Shown here in pieces: positions 1-13,066 of a stretch of 64,000 nucleotides of DNA. Numbering within the stretch: the first letter of the stretch is position 1; each line of letters begins with the position of its first letter. Below the pieces are notes generated by a model. That model did not search any database. It was not told the DNA's origin and saw only the letters and a list, made by a program, of their open reading frames with translations. The stretch covers positions 191,022,001 through 191,086,000 of the forward strand of contig NC_042998.1 of assembly GCF_006345805.1 (NCBI RefSeq), given 5' to 3'. The position numbers and the translations under genes are program-made. Source of the stretch: Octopus sinensis. Its lineage: Eukaryota.

Positions 1-116
1 TCTTTCCTCCTGCATCTTGCAGGTCGACTGCGACAGACCGGCGTCCCGTCCAGGTGGGGAACCTATACACCAAGGAAACCGGGAAAACCAGGCATGGCTT
101 GAGAAGGAACAAACAA
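1..116 (+). mobile_element. 3' part of a SINE with a MetaSINE/V-SINE-like central domain, truncated by the window edge
   Basis: ACTGCGACAGACCGGCGTCCCGTCCAGG...GGAAACCGGG resembles, from memory, the conserved GCGATGGACTGGCGTCCCGTCCAGG...GAAACCGG domain; ends in an A-rich ACAAACAA tail. Confidence 0.4.
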
Positions 117-246
117 ATTATCTCTTATCTCCCGTATAACTTGACTGAAAGCTCTTTCTCACCACCGCAAGCCTCTAGGCTGAATTTAGGTAAATATTCC
201 TTCGAACAGTCGGTCAGCAGCGACGCCTGCTGGGGGTTCGGCTACT

Positions 247-287
247 CCACATTCATGAGAGGCAACTACCTCGAAACTAGCTTGTGG
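247..287 (+). ncRNA. Degenerate minimal type I hammerhead-ribozyme-like motif
   Basis: Stem I CCACA/TGTGG, core TTCATGA (consensus CTGATGA), stem II GAGG/CCTC, GAAA, palindromic stem III CTAG; the U16.1 position reads C. Confidence 0.4.
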
Positions 288-478
288 TTGCCAAACCAAC
301 AAGGGGAAGCAGCTGACCTCCCCTGTTCGAAGGTTATAATGGACACAGGTTTGTGTGTCACATAGCTAGCTAGAGGCGATGGCCTCTTGGAGCTAATCAA
401 CGGCAACATTCGTCCTATTTTTCTGGACTGCCATGTTAGCTTGACTATAGCTGTGTGTATGTGCGTATGTGTGTGTGT

Positions 479-530
<52 letters not shown>

Positions 531-544
531 GCGTGTGTGTGTTT

Positions 545-760
545 GTGTGTCTGTGTTTGTCCCCCACCATCGGTTGACATCCGATGGTGGCGTGTCTACG
601 TCGCCGTAACATTAGCTGTTCGGCAAAAGATACCGATAGAATAAGTACTAGGATTACAAAGAATAAGTCTTGGGGGTTGATTTGTTCTCACTAAAGGTCG
701 TGCTCCAGCATGGCCACAGTTAAATGACTGGAACAAATACAAGAATAAAAGAATAGAAGA
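545..760 (+). mobile_element. SINE family A, 3' half only (diverged)
   Basis: Reverse complement of the 3' half of the copies at 20167-20566 and 32437-32870; follows a (TG)n run; AAGAATA-type tail. Confidence 0.8.
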
Positions 761-839
761 ATATATATATATATATATATATATATGACTACGTATACAA
801 CATATACACACACCCAAACACACACACACACACGCACAT

Positions 840-876
<37 letters not shown>

Positions 877-2994
877 TATATATCTATATACGTATGTATT
901 ATGGTGTACATCAAATAGCTATACAAAAATTAGGGGGTATTAAATTAGACGGTCAATAAAACAGCCAGAGTTTATTAGTTCTCAGTTGTGTTCCCTTTGA
1001 TTTTTAATATGAAAGCTACGAGTGAAAACACGACGTACGATATAATCGATCCTGTAAAAGAAAATGTGATGTATAAGAAAGGAATAGAAATGGAAAAAAA
1101 TGGGGAAAAAATGTGTGCATCCTTTAATCTTCCAGCATTCCCCTATGATTTTATCTCATCAAATTATCTAGAACTTTTGTTCTCACAATCTAGTTTTAAG
1201 GATGAAGGGTGCTCCTGTTACGCATAAACAGTCATAAAAACAGGAATACATTGTTTTATAGTGGGGCTTCATTAATACACCATCGAGACCCAAAAATAAT
1301 TGAATTTCTTCAGAATCCACAGAGGATGTATTATTTAAAAAAATGATGTCTTTCATAATAGTATGAAAAAGTATCATTCTTAGATGTCAGTGTAGTCAAA
1401 GCAAATATCAATACAATATTTTCTTTAGGCATCAAGTATTATTTTTTTTTTGCGTGATTGTAAAGGGTTTATAATTAATTTCAGCATTGGAGTATAATTT
1501 ATTATTCCCCAATCATATATTTCATTAAGAAATTCGAAGAAGGAAAGAGAATGTTATATGTAATAACCATCGAAGTAACTGTCAGCGATCGGTAATTAAA
1601 AAAAAAAAAATATATAAGACCCAATTTTCGCAGAGGGTAAAGAGAAAACGGAGAAAAAGTTATTCACGGGTGATAAATCAAATAGTTGAAATATTGCGTT
1701 CAAGCACAAATTATTGCCTTTTTAACTTGTAGTTTATAGGAGTGCTGACGAAAAGTTAGATTGGGCGAAGTATACGTCTTCAATATCAGTATCAGGAATA
1801 TTTGTGATATATATATATACATATCCCACTCAGAAAGATAGAGCGATCAAGCTATAAAGATATAATCAACTTCGCCTAAAATTACTATATACGTTACAAG
1901 ATATATACTTCTAACAATATTAACATCCTTGGAATGCTTCTACATCAGAGACAAAGTATAAGGAAGGTAATAATTGCTTTGATGTCAACAGATATCATTT
2001 GATGAAACATGACTTTCCTTTTGCCGAATGTCAAAGATTAAGTTTCTGTCAAATAAAACTTCTAAATATAATAAGTACTCAGTTAATACCAAGTGAACAC
2101 TCAACGAAATAATTTTACTCTACTAGTAAACAAATTTCTATTAATGTTAATTACTTTCGGGCGGTGTCTCACTCTTATAAACATATTTCCATGAATGCAC
2201 TTATAGATTGTTAATTGGTGAGGAACTTTGCTTAATGTTAACATGTAAATGTTAGAAATACTTAAGTGACATTTCGTATACAATTTACTTAATTATGTGC
2301 CACTATTAGTTAGACCTCGTGTCGTTGATCGAATTTATAACACCGAAGAAAACTAATATTATTTGTAAAATCTTATAAATATATATATAATGTTTACTAT
2401 CAGCTTTCTCGCGTAACAGCGTTTTTTGCTTAAATAGGGCACGCTGGCAAAGCTACAAATTATTTTAAATTAGGATGTCATGTAAAATATTTGATTATTA
2501 TCATTCGTCTCTTAGATAGATACACAATCACAGATTTATAGAACTTGTATCTTATCAATATCAGGAAATGAAAAGTTGATTTCAACAATGAAAAGTAATA
2601 ATTACGTAATAGTGAGAAATCAACGCGTTATATATCAAAATGATAAACTCTTATTATACTTAAAGAAATCATTGTCAATAATATACCGGGTCGATAAAAT
2701 AAAGTACAGTCAAGTACTGGGATAGATTTAGACGACTATACCATTATTCCAAAGTCGAGGACTTGTGAATAGAAAGATTTTTTTTTATATTATACTAAAT
2801 ATGTATGTTATAATTGCTATTTTGAAACTCTTATCGATATCGTTTCCTATTTCACATTACTGAAACAATAAATATATCTTTCGTCGTATGTCACTTAGTA
2901 TATGATAAATTTGATAAATTTGTTCAAACTATAGTAAATCCAATTTTCTTTAAGAAGTTGCAATTTTCAAGATAATTATCTGGTGATCAATAAG

Positions 2995-3200
2995 TCTTTC
3001 TGATTGAGGCACCAGGGCAATAATCTTGAGGGGAAGGAATCAGTCGATGCCATCAACCCCGGGGTTTTGTTTTTCTCTATTTTATCGACTCCAAAATGAT
3101 GGACGGCAAAGTTGACCTCAACCTGATTTGAATTTAGAACGTTAAGAGTTGGAATTTTTTGGTACCAACATTCTAATGATTCCGCATATCTCTACCTTAG
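2995..3200 (-). mobile_element. Old degenerate family-B-type SINE
   Basis: TTTATCGACTCC...GGCAAAGTTGACCTC...TTTGAA core shared with the young B copies. Confidence 0.6.
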
Positions 3201-4295
3201 CTGGTGATGAATAGTTGAAACAGCAGTAATTTATATAGGTGAAAGTAGGCAATTTGCGTCAGCGATTACTCAAAATATTTCATAAGATACTGATATAGAA
3301 GCCACAACAACTATGTGTAGATAATACATCTTGTATAACATAAAGTAGCCATGAAAATCACATTACTTTTTTTTATTTAATATATACATATTTTTCCACA
3401 TAATATATAGATGATGTATTTTTCTAGATCATCTGTAGATTTATGCAATAAAGCGAGAGAGAAATAAGTGAGCAGCAGGCATGGTTTGACATTGGAAAAA
3501 AAAAGGAAACAAAACACCGTCAGTTTTTATTCTACGGAGCTTGGCACTGCGCTGCAGTTTGAAATATTCTAAGGCGATTATGAATGTCTCTGAGTTATGA
3601 CAGTATGTTGGATAGACTTGAATAATTTACTCATCAAACGTCTTGTATAGCTGATGAGACACTACGAATAGAGGTTTTGTTGCTCATTGTATCCATCTGA
3701 TGTGAATTGACTTTGAAAATATTGAGGAGGTATCATGACCAATGTAAGACTTCTTAATTAAAATATCGATGTGGGAAAAGACATGATTAAAAACTGTCTT
3801 TGAAAATCTGTATGTAATACTTTTACTTATGAACGTATATTTCTTAACATCGAGATAACTATTTCACGTACCATGATATTAGTAAATTACGTGTGGAGAC
3901 GTCTGGAATCGCTGCAACTAACTTCAAATTCAATGCACTTAACAACACTAACATTTCCTTGGAGAAAACTTGTACAAATACTGAACTCAAGTATATGTTT
4001 TTCATTGTATATGAATGTTGCAATATATTAATTATGTTATATGAATAGATTATTCATTATATATATATAAGCAAGATATAAGTTAGAGGTTATGCGACCA
4101 TCTAAGGGATAGATGTATCCGTAGGCACTCCTGGTGTATTACCCCACTATGAATAGTCCACGTTATGAGATATTCGGTAGTAGATAATTTAAAGGTAAAA
4201 CCGTGATTTAATATATATATATAGAAGATATCTTCTCTATAGCTATATCTATCTGTCTGTCTGTTTGTCTATCTTTCTCTCTCTCTCGCTCTCTC

Positions 4296-4334
<39 letters not shown>

Positions 4335-4637
4335 TTCAAACCCCAAGTAATTCTTTAATCTTTTAAGTTAATATCAAGTAATGTTAATTTATTAAATTAA
4401 TTTCGGGCAGTTGACATGAACATTTTATATTTACGTGAGTTTCCAAAGGTAACTACTGCAATTGGCTAATTTCGAATTTAATATGGTAAATAAGGAATGT
4501 TAATCTACATGTATATATAGTAACTGATCCATTTGTAGAACGAAAACATTTTTATTTTACAACATGTACGAATCACAAAACTTATATTGTTAATTGCAAA
4601 GATTTATGTTAATCTTAGATAGATTCTATGTCCCTAC

Positions 4638-4774
4638 CTGCTTTTTCTTTGAATGCTGGTGTTTTCTATTACACGAATATATTTTCTTCCACCATTGTCA
4701 CTTTGTTCTTCCGCCGATGTTTCCGCTCCATCAACCGAACCCTTTTCTTGATCTATTCCTGCTTGTGACACCAT
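4638..4774 (-). CDS. Candidate first coding exon, MVSQAGIDQEKGSVDGAETSAEEQSDNGGRKYIRVIENTSIQRKS, phase 2; product unknown
   Basis: AAGATGG start context, in-frame TGA upstream (4804-4802), 45 codons + 2 nt ending at a CAG|GTAGGG donor, unique GC-richer sequence. Confidence 0.4.
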
Positions 4775-4793
4775 CTTCTTCAAGCTGGTTTGT

Positions 4794-4821
4794 TGAATTC
4801 TTCAACGCAGCCGTATTTATA
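4794..4821 (-). promoter_or_regulatory. Candidate TATA box plus initiator
   Basis: TATAAATA at 4821-4814 with TCAAC (A at 4794) 27 nt downstream, just before the ATG at 4774. Confidence 0.3.
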
Positions 4822-5489
4822 GTTGCTGAAGCTTAACCAAGAATTGCCTCCCCCCCTCTTCCCCACCATAACAATAATTAACTTTCTCGCAAGGCATAAT
4901 AAAATAAGTCAAAATTGCAATCAGCAACTGTACCCAATTTCTCAGTTATTTAGAACCTTCAATTATCCCATAAATACATCTCATTTGCCATATTTTACCT
5001 AATCGCACCAGACTTCTAAAACGCAACAATTATTCTGAACTAAATTACATTATTTTGTTGCTTAATTGTTGGTGTAATACACGAAAGTTTAGGGCGGTGG
5101 ATTGCAATAACGATACAAAAATGGACCAAAAGCTTTATAGTAATGAGCTTTCGTGAGTTCAGATCTGACTGAAGTCAACTTTGTATTCTTCCATGATCGA
5201 TAAAATAATACGAATCAAGTACTAATGCTGGTTAATACCACAAGATCCCTAACAGCCAATGCTTGATAAATTTGTTTTCTTTACGAAGAATGGAAGGCAG
5301 AATTAGCTGTAGTTTTGCAATGTTTAGATAGACTCCCATAACATTCTGAGTTAAAATCCCAACGTTTTCATGCTTTCAAGGCCTATACAACACTGACAGT
5401 AAATTTGATGGGAGGTATCTGTTTAACTTAAACGTATGTCCTTGTGCCAATGTAACAAATTATTAATTACTTGTAAATGGATTGGTAGA

Positions 5490-5539
<50 letters not shown>

Positions 5540-5648
5540 ACACGCCTTGCAACTGTTTACCCACCTCTTCTATCATCTGCATTTTAAGTTCAATCCACAA
5601 CATAGTAGATGTTATTTCTGATACACGTGGGTCGATAGAATAATACCT

Positions 5649-5868
5649 ATTTCTTTATTACCCACAAGGGGCTAAACACAGAGGGGACAAACAAGGATAG
5701 ACATAGGTATTAAGTCGATTACATCGACCCCAGTGCGTAACTGGTACTTAATTTATCGACTCCGAAAAGATGAAAGGCAAAGTCGACCTCGGCAGAATTT
5801 GAACTCACAACGTAACGCAGACTAAATACCGCTAAGCATTTCGCCCGGCGTGCTAACGTTTCTGCCAG
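5649..5868 (-). mobile_element. Young SINE family B copy (tRNA-derived head; octopus OK/OR-type, family not assignable)
   Basis: B-box-like GAGTTCAAAT, GAGGTCGACTTTGCCTTTCATC core, AAAGAAAT 3' end; AATACC repeat at 5642-5647 and 5869-5874. Confidence 0.9.
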
Positions 5869-6307
5869 AATACCAGTTATGCACTAGTACTTATTGAATC
5901 AACTTTAGCACTCCCATACCAAATCATGACTTTCTACTAATATGAAAAGTTATCAATTTCTAGACTTTGTTGCTGAAAAAAGTTTCTTCTACTAAAAACT
6001 TTCGTTAGTTTTCCCATAAAATACAATAAAGTAACCAACACAAGCGAAATGAAGAGCGTCTACAGTATTTTTGTTAATACATAAATAAGAGAAACTGCTT
6101 GTAGGATATGGTAATTGCATACACTGTTTCTGGAAGCTTCCATTTTCATGGTGTGATACAGTGACAGTATTCAATATTTCATGTTTACAAATAATTCTCA
6201 AAAAATATTTACAAGTTATTTGTAAAGTTGTCTTTAATTCAATGAATAAATCCCTTGCCTGACCAGGAATTAGTTTATTCTAAACGTTCATTTTTGTTTT
6301 AAAACTG

Positions 6308-6702
6308 TTACTCTTTACTCTTTTACTCTTTTACTTGTGGCTATGCTGGAGCATCATCTTTAGTCGAGCAAATCGACCCCAGGACTTATTCTTTGTAAGC
6401 CTAGTACTTATTCTGTCGGGTCTCTTTTGCCGAACCGCTAGGTTACGGTGACGTAAACACACCAGCATCAAGCGATGTTGGGGGTCGGGGAATACAAACA
6501 CACAAACATATACATACACACACATATATATATATACATATATAGGACGGGATTCTTTCAGTTTCCGTCTACTAAAAATCCACTCACAAGGTTTTGGTCG
6601 ACCCGAAGCTATAGTAGAAGGCACTTGCCCAAAGTGCCACGCAGTGGGACTGAACCCGGAACCACATGGTTGATAAACGAGCTACTTACCACACATCCAC
6701 TC
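6308..6702 (-). mobile_element. SINE family A, near full length
   Basis: tRNA-like head (GTGTGGTAAG...GGTTCAGTCCC), CORE-like TTGGGCAAGTG, internal (TA/TG) microsatellite, (AAGAGTA)n tail. Confidence 0.9.
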
Positions 6703-6880
6703 TAGTTAAACTTTGTTTTTATATGTTCTCAGTAATATAAAGCTTTCCCTTCATAAAGCCCCAAGTTACGCCCGTGGTGAAAAAATAAATAGAAATAACA
6801 AAAAAAAAAAATAGAAAATAGAAAGAATGTGTACCGTATATGATGCATGGACGCTCGGGAAATACGTCCTGTGTATCACA

Positions 6881-7397
6881 TCTATATATATAAAACTGTA
6901 GTTGTGTGAGTGTCTGTCTCCTACGATTTAGATTCCTAACTCCTCCCACATTTTGCGGTGCAGTTTAACCAAATTCGGGTATCTTATAGTCGTGATTCAT
7001 ATCGAGCCCGTCTGGCTATTAGCGCGCGTCTACGATGAGTCTACGATTTTAAAAATAATTTAACATCATTTTTTATTCCATTTTAATGCATACTTTTTGG
7101 TGTGTCGATGGCGGCGGAGTTGGCGTCCACGCTCAAACACCTGCACCTGTGTTTGCTTCTACCCCTTCTTCCCTCCCTCGGGAAGCTGTGGGGAAGGGAG
7201 TTTAAGGAAATCAACGTCGTAATGCGTTGTCAAGGAGACCAGCGTTCTTTTAGAACAACGACTTCATGGCTTGAAGACACCAAAACAGAAATGGCTAAGA
7301 AAGCCCGAATTGGCATCTATAAAGGAAGTAACTCTCTAAAAATGCTTATATAGTTATTTCCCTTACAAACCCGAGCAACGCCGGGCGATACTGCTAG
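6881..7397 (+). mobile_element. Non-autonomous Helitron
   Basis: 5' TC, 3' CTAG, subterminal hairpin CCCGAGCAACGCCGGG, inserted between A (6880) and T (7398); second copy at 37729-38126. Confidence 0.85.
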
Positions 7398-7631
7398 TAT
7401 GTTATAAAGGACAGGTAAAGGTTTACAGACTATCGAAGTTTAACTTATAGTCATATCTTATGTTGGGGGAATGTATAATATCCGTGCTCTTTTATTCTTA
7501 TCCGGTTTGTTGCGTACACCGGTTACTGAAAATTTCAATTACATGTAATTAAATGGAATCTTCGGTTATATCAACCATGAAAGCGGAAGGGACTGTACTC
7601 CGTTAATATTATCATTTTCATGACATTTTAA

Positions 7632-8050
7632 GGATCTTTACGGTTTGAACGGCAGTTTTTTCTTGCGGTGTCATATGAAATTGTCACCCATAATTATGAC
7701 CCTAGTATCGATCTATCGCATTTCAATCTATTTTAGGGTTAGGGTTAGGGGTTGGGGGGAAGGGTATCTTTTTTTTTCTTCAGAAATGTAAATCAACCCA
7801 ATCTGTTTCTTAAACGAGGCACATATCCATACGGCACAGAATGTTGCTTACCTCAATGGACGTCAGTGATTGGTTGAAATTGCAGAAATTGAAGAAAAAG
7901 ACAACAAATATCTTACAAACTATAGAATTTTCTCAATAAAGCCAAGAGAAAAAGATGTTTTATAAACACATTCTACCAGTATACGAAGTTTAAATTTTTT
8001 TAGTTACCTAGAAATTATGTTAAAAACTGCCGTTCAAACCGAAAATATCC
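7632..8050. mobile_element. MITE with ~29-bp TIRs and 8-bp TSD (Merlin-like GG termini, inferred)
   Basis: TIR GGATCTTTACGGTTTGAACGGCAGTTTT vs GGATATTTTCGGTTTGAACGGCAGTTTT; TSD CATTTTAA at 7624-7631 and 8051-8058; internal TTAGGGTTAGGGTTAGGGG. Confidence 0.85.
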
Positions 8051-9024
8051 CATTTTAATAATATTAAGCTACTTCATAAAATTATCAGTTCTAAAAGTTA
8101 GCATAACTAGAGGCATTTTTACAATAGTATTAGGATAACATTTGGCGAATCTTCAACATTACAATTACTATTTTGAAATGTACCAATATCAATTTACAAA
8201 TCTAATCCACCTCAGTCAAAAATTGTTTTTGAATTATTTAATGTATTATAAGCTAAAATACTACAAGTCTTTATATTATTTTTTTTTTATCACAGACACA
8301 ATATCTACAAACTTTGTAGAAGTTGACAAACTTTGTCTTTCATCACAGAGGGACGACCGGAGATGAACCTGTCATATACAGATAACTATATAAGTGATAA
8401 TAACCGTCCCACTAAATACTACTATATTACATTATATTAAGTCTGACTAATGCCAGGTCATTACTAAATAATAAATTTTAAATATGCGACTACTTTGTAC
8501 TATATCTATTTGATATGATTATAAATGTATGATTAAAGAAGTATTGGTATCAATTACCTACAAACTACAAGGAGTTATCACTAAAAACAAAAATACTTTG
8601 CCCCCAGTATATATATAGCTTTAAGACAATAAAACTATATTAAACAATTTCATATAATTATTGCTCTCAAGGGACATAACTCTTTCTTTTATGATCAGCA
8701 GAGTTGCGGCCAGTGACCAACATGCTTGAAGCGAACATCATTTATTGATATTGACATTTTGTTGGAGTTAGCGCCAACTCTAAAATCAATAGACAGATTT
8801 CTTTCTTCTGTTAATTCTAAATTATTTCAATCAAGAAGCCTTCATATTATTTCTTTTTTTTTTTTTGTGTGTGTTGCTATTGCTATCCTATAGACTTATT
8901 TCGGATGTAAATTCAAATGTATATTTATATTCTGTGAGATAAGATGGCGAGAAAAGTAGAGTCGAGTTTAATGATTGTAACTTGGTGTGGGGATACAGAT
9001 GGACAACAGCAAGCAAGCAATGTG

Positions 9025-9049
9025 TACATACATACATACATACATACAC

Positions 9050-9082
<33 letters not shown>

Positions 9083-9108
9083 CATTCATACATACATACA
9101 CACATACA

Positions 9109-9142
<34 letters not shown>

Positions 9143-9148
9143 CATTCA

Positions 9149-9182
<34 letters not shown>

Positions 9183-9352
9183 CATACATATATACATTCA
9201 TACATACATACATACATACATACATATCTACATACATACATACATACATATATACATTCATACATACATATACACATACATACATACATACATACATAGA
9301 TACATATATACATTCATACATACATACACACATACATACATACATACATATA

Positions 9353-9386
<34 letters not shown>

Positions 9387-9577
9387 CATTCATACATACA
9401 TACATACACGCATACATACATACATGCATGCATACATACATACCTACATACATGCATGTATACATACATACATATATAACATTCATACATACATACATAC
9501 AATACATACATACATACATACATAATACATATATACATTCATACATACATACACACATACATACATACATACATATA

Positions 9578-9611
<34 letters not shown>

Positions 9612-9860
9612 CATTCATACATACATACACGCATACATACATACATGCATGCATACATACATACATACATACATGCATGTATACATACATACATATACAC
9701 ATACATACATACATACATACATACACACATACATACATACATACATACATACAACATACATACATACATGCATGCATACACACATACATACACACATACA
9801 TACACACATAGATAGATAGATAGATATATACATACATACATACATACATGCATGCACACA

Positions 9861-9893
<33 letters not shown>

Positions 9894-9895
9894 TC
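9025..9895. repeat. Large interrupted (ATAC)n microsatellite
   Basis: Direct reading; source of the HTYI/MYVC ORFs. Confidence 0.95.
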
Positions 9896-10044
9896 TATAT
9901 AATATGTGTGTGTGTGTTTGTCTGTGTGTGTATGTATATTTGTATATGTATGTGTATGCGTGTTTGTGCCAAACACATAAACAGATACGTATATGTATGC
10001 GCGCGTGCACAGACATAGACACACGCACACGCAGCCTGAACTAC

Positions 10045-10097
10045 ATCTATGTATGTATGTATGTATGTATGTATGTATCTATCTATCTATCTATCTA

Positions 10098-10180
<83 letters not shown>

Positions 10181-10400
10181 GTTTGTTTGTCAGTCTGTCT
10201 GTTTGTCTCTCCATCTATCCACATAGCTTTTCCTTACATCATCCTGTGGTGCACCGGGACACATCCTCAGTGCTGTTTCCTGAAGTTATTGGGTCTTTCG
10301 AGTCTTTCAAGAAGAAGACCACCCTCACCCAGGCGACCAGTTTTGAGGAAGCCACAACTTGTATCCGTTCTACACGTATGTCTGTCAGTCTGAATGCATG

Positions 10401-10434
<34 letters not shown>

Positions 10435-10700
10435 TGTATGTATGTATGTATGTATGTATGTATGTATGTATGTGTGTATGTATGTATGTATGCATGTATG
10501 TATGTATGTATGTATGTATGTATGTATGTATGTATGTATGTATGTATGTATGTATGTATGTATGTATGTATATGTGTGTAGGTATGTACGTGCATACATG
10601 CATGCATATATGGTGTGTGTATGTATGTATGTACATACGTACGTACGTACGTATGTATATATGTATGTATGTATACATGCATGTATATATGTGTCTGTGA
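10045..10700. repeat. Compound (TATG)/(TCTA)/(TA) microsatellites flanking a ~150-bp unique island
   Basis: Direct reading. Confidence 0.9.
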
Positions 10701-11094
10701 GTGTCTGTATGTGTGTTTAGCTGCATATATTTGCACACACTCACATATGTGTGTTAGGGGGTATGTATGTATGTGAGTATATATATGTACCGCAGTATAA
10801 GAATAACCAAAAAGCACATGAAAATGTATAATTATCCTCAGCTCGAAAACTTGGTCCCTATAACATGAAACAGAGAAGACCGTGCTAAAGGTGACTGAAG
10901 GGTTAGGCAGGTGGACTTGACTAGGACATATTTTATCTACCAATCGTCATACAGCTAAAAGTCAACAAGAGCTTGGAGATTAAAGATGTGTAACTACATA
11001 ATGCAAACATTTAGTTCGGTGTTTAACGGATTCAGTCAGACATCACTGGAATAATAATAGCTATGAACTTAAGCAAAAGAGCAGTAATTATGAG

Positions 11095-12030
11095 AAGTGG
11101 ATAGTCAAATTGCATCGATACCAGTACCTGACTGGTACTACATTGTATCGACCCCGCAGAGATGGTAGGCAACATTGATATCGTTGGGATTAGATATAAA
11201 TATTACAACGTATTTTGTCCGAGGCTCAAACGTTTCTGTCAATCTTCTGCCCAAAATAGTCGTTTCTAATTGAGGTACAGAGCCAGCAATTTTGTCGCAA
11301 AAGCATTATATAATACCATCGATCACAGTACAAGACTTGTAGTTTATTTTATTGAACTACAAATCTTGGTGATGATTGAACTCCGGATGTAAAGAGCCAG
11401 AACAAATATTGTAAGCGTAGTTTGTAAGTTTAAGGAGGAATATTGCAACACCATTAAACTTACAATTCGAAATGTTTCTTATTTAGATTACAACTAGAAG
11501 AATCTTGTTGGGTTGAGGCTAGTTGATTAAATCGACCCAGTTTTTGAGTGATACTTTATTTTATTCATTCCGAAAGGATGAAAGACAAAGTTAACCTCGG
11601 TGGGTTTTGATCTGAAAATGTAATGAGCAGGAACGAATATTGCAAGTAATTTTGTCTGAACGCTCCAGGTTATATAATAACGTGAGCTGCAATATTCTGT
11701 AGTCCTATTTCAGCAATCTGTTTAATAAGGCGAGTATTCAGCAATAGTTTATGGCATTCTCTACTTTACATAACAAGGTCAGTACTTAACAATACTGAAG
11801 AATACTCCCAAATTAACAATGCAATCTCTGTAGCTGACATTTGCCAAGTGCTTTTAGAGCAAGATGTAAATATTATTAATTCGATTAATTCAGGTATTAG
11901 ATTGGTACTTTATTTTATCGACCCTGTAAAGTTGAAAAACAAAACTACCGTCAGCATGAATTGAACTACGAACTTAAACAGCCTTAACTAAATGCAGCAA
12001 CGTCGGATGCTCTAACGATTCAGACAATGC
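11095..12030 (-). mobile_element. Cluster of about four degenerate family-B-type SINE remnants
   Basis: Repeated TGGTAC...TTTATCGACCC...AAAG motifs near 11100, 11270, 11510 and 11890. Confidence 0.55.
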
Positions 12031-12282
12031 ACCGGTTAAATGGAGTTACAATCGTAATTTCAATGTTCGTTGAAGCCATTAGAGTACATGGCTGGAAGGC
12101 GATACACATTTCACTAGTTAGAAGGAATCTAATATGCTGGGTGCAACCGAGTAAACTTGTAACGTCTCTGTCACAGCTTCGTTCTCAGCTTGAATCTATT
12201 TAGCCATTATGGGTTTCGTATATTTGTAAATCCAGCATCAATTTGATGGCGTGTGCAGCTATCTCGCTCAATAATCATAATA

Positions 12283-12515
<233 letters not shown>

Positions 12516-12707
12516 ATGATGGTGGAGATGGTGACTGGGCATGTCCTTTAGTGCTTGACGATATGTGTATATCTGACCATGGGCAGAAGTAGTGGTGGGA
12601 GGGGGGGGCATCATAGCCATATGTTGAAAGGAATTCTTTAGGGGTCTGCGTAAGTAACCTCTGGTAACATTGTTGTTTCGTTCATCGTCCTTAAATAACC
12701 TTTATTT

Positions 12708-12946
12708 AGGGACCTTTTGAGCGGGATGGGCTACTCAACCTCAAGAAAATTCTAAGTGGGCCCCACTTGCAAGGTCATACGCCATTTATCTTGATTTGAG
12801 GTCATTGTGTCGCGTGCATATGGTTGTGATGCATGTGCTTGGTGTTCCCTTATCAGACGGGTAGTCATGATGGGTATATTAGGCTCCGTGTATTTGTACC
12901 CCAATGTCACTTTGATGGCACGCGCTGCTGCTCTCATTCACTCAAT
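12708..12946 (+). mobile_element. Family C: ~240-bp retroelement 3' end (LINE 3'UTR or SINE) followed by an (AAC)/(AAT)n tail
   Basis: Homologous copy at 28071-28303; both run into trinucleotide tails. Confidence 0.7.
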
Positions 12947-12949
12947 AAC

Positions 12950-13001
12950 AACACACAAAAACAACAGCAGCAGCAACATCAACAACAACAACAACAACGG
13001 C

Positions 13002-13066
<65 letters not shown>

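Noticed and set aside
3670-3810. Possible exon 2 for the 4638 donor (FSKTVFNHVFSHID...RWIQ*)
   Set aside because: Phase-compatible, but the acceptor is weak and there is no recognisable homology
8888-10943. Long ORFs up to 305 aa (MYVC.../HTYI...)
   Set aside because: Translations of (ATAC)n/(TATG)n microsatellites; the same applies to similar ORFs at 17.8-18.4, 20.3-22, 29-31, 34-36.8, 49.9-50.2 and 59.6-60.7 kb
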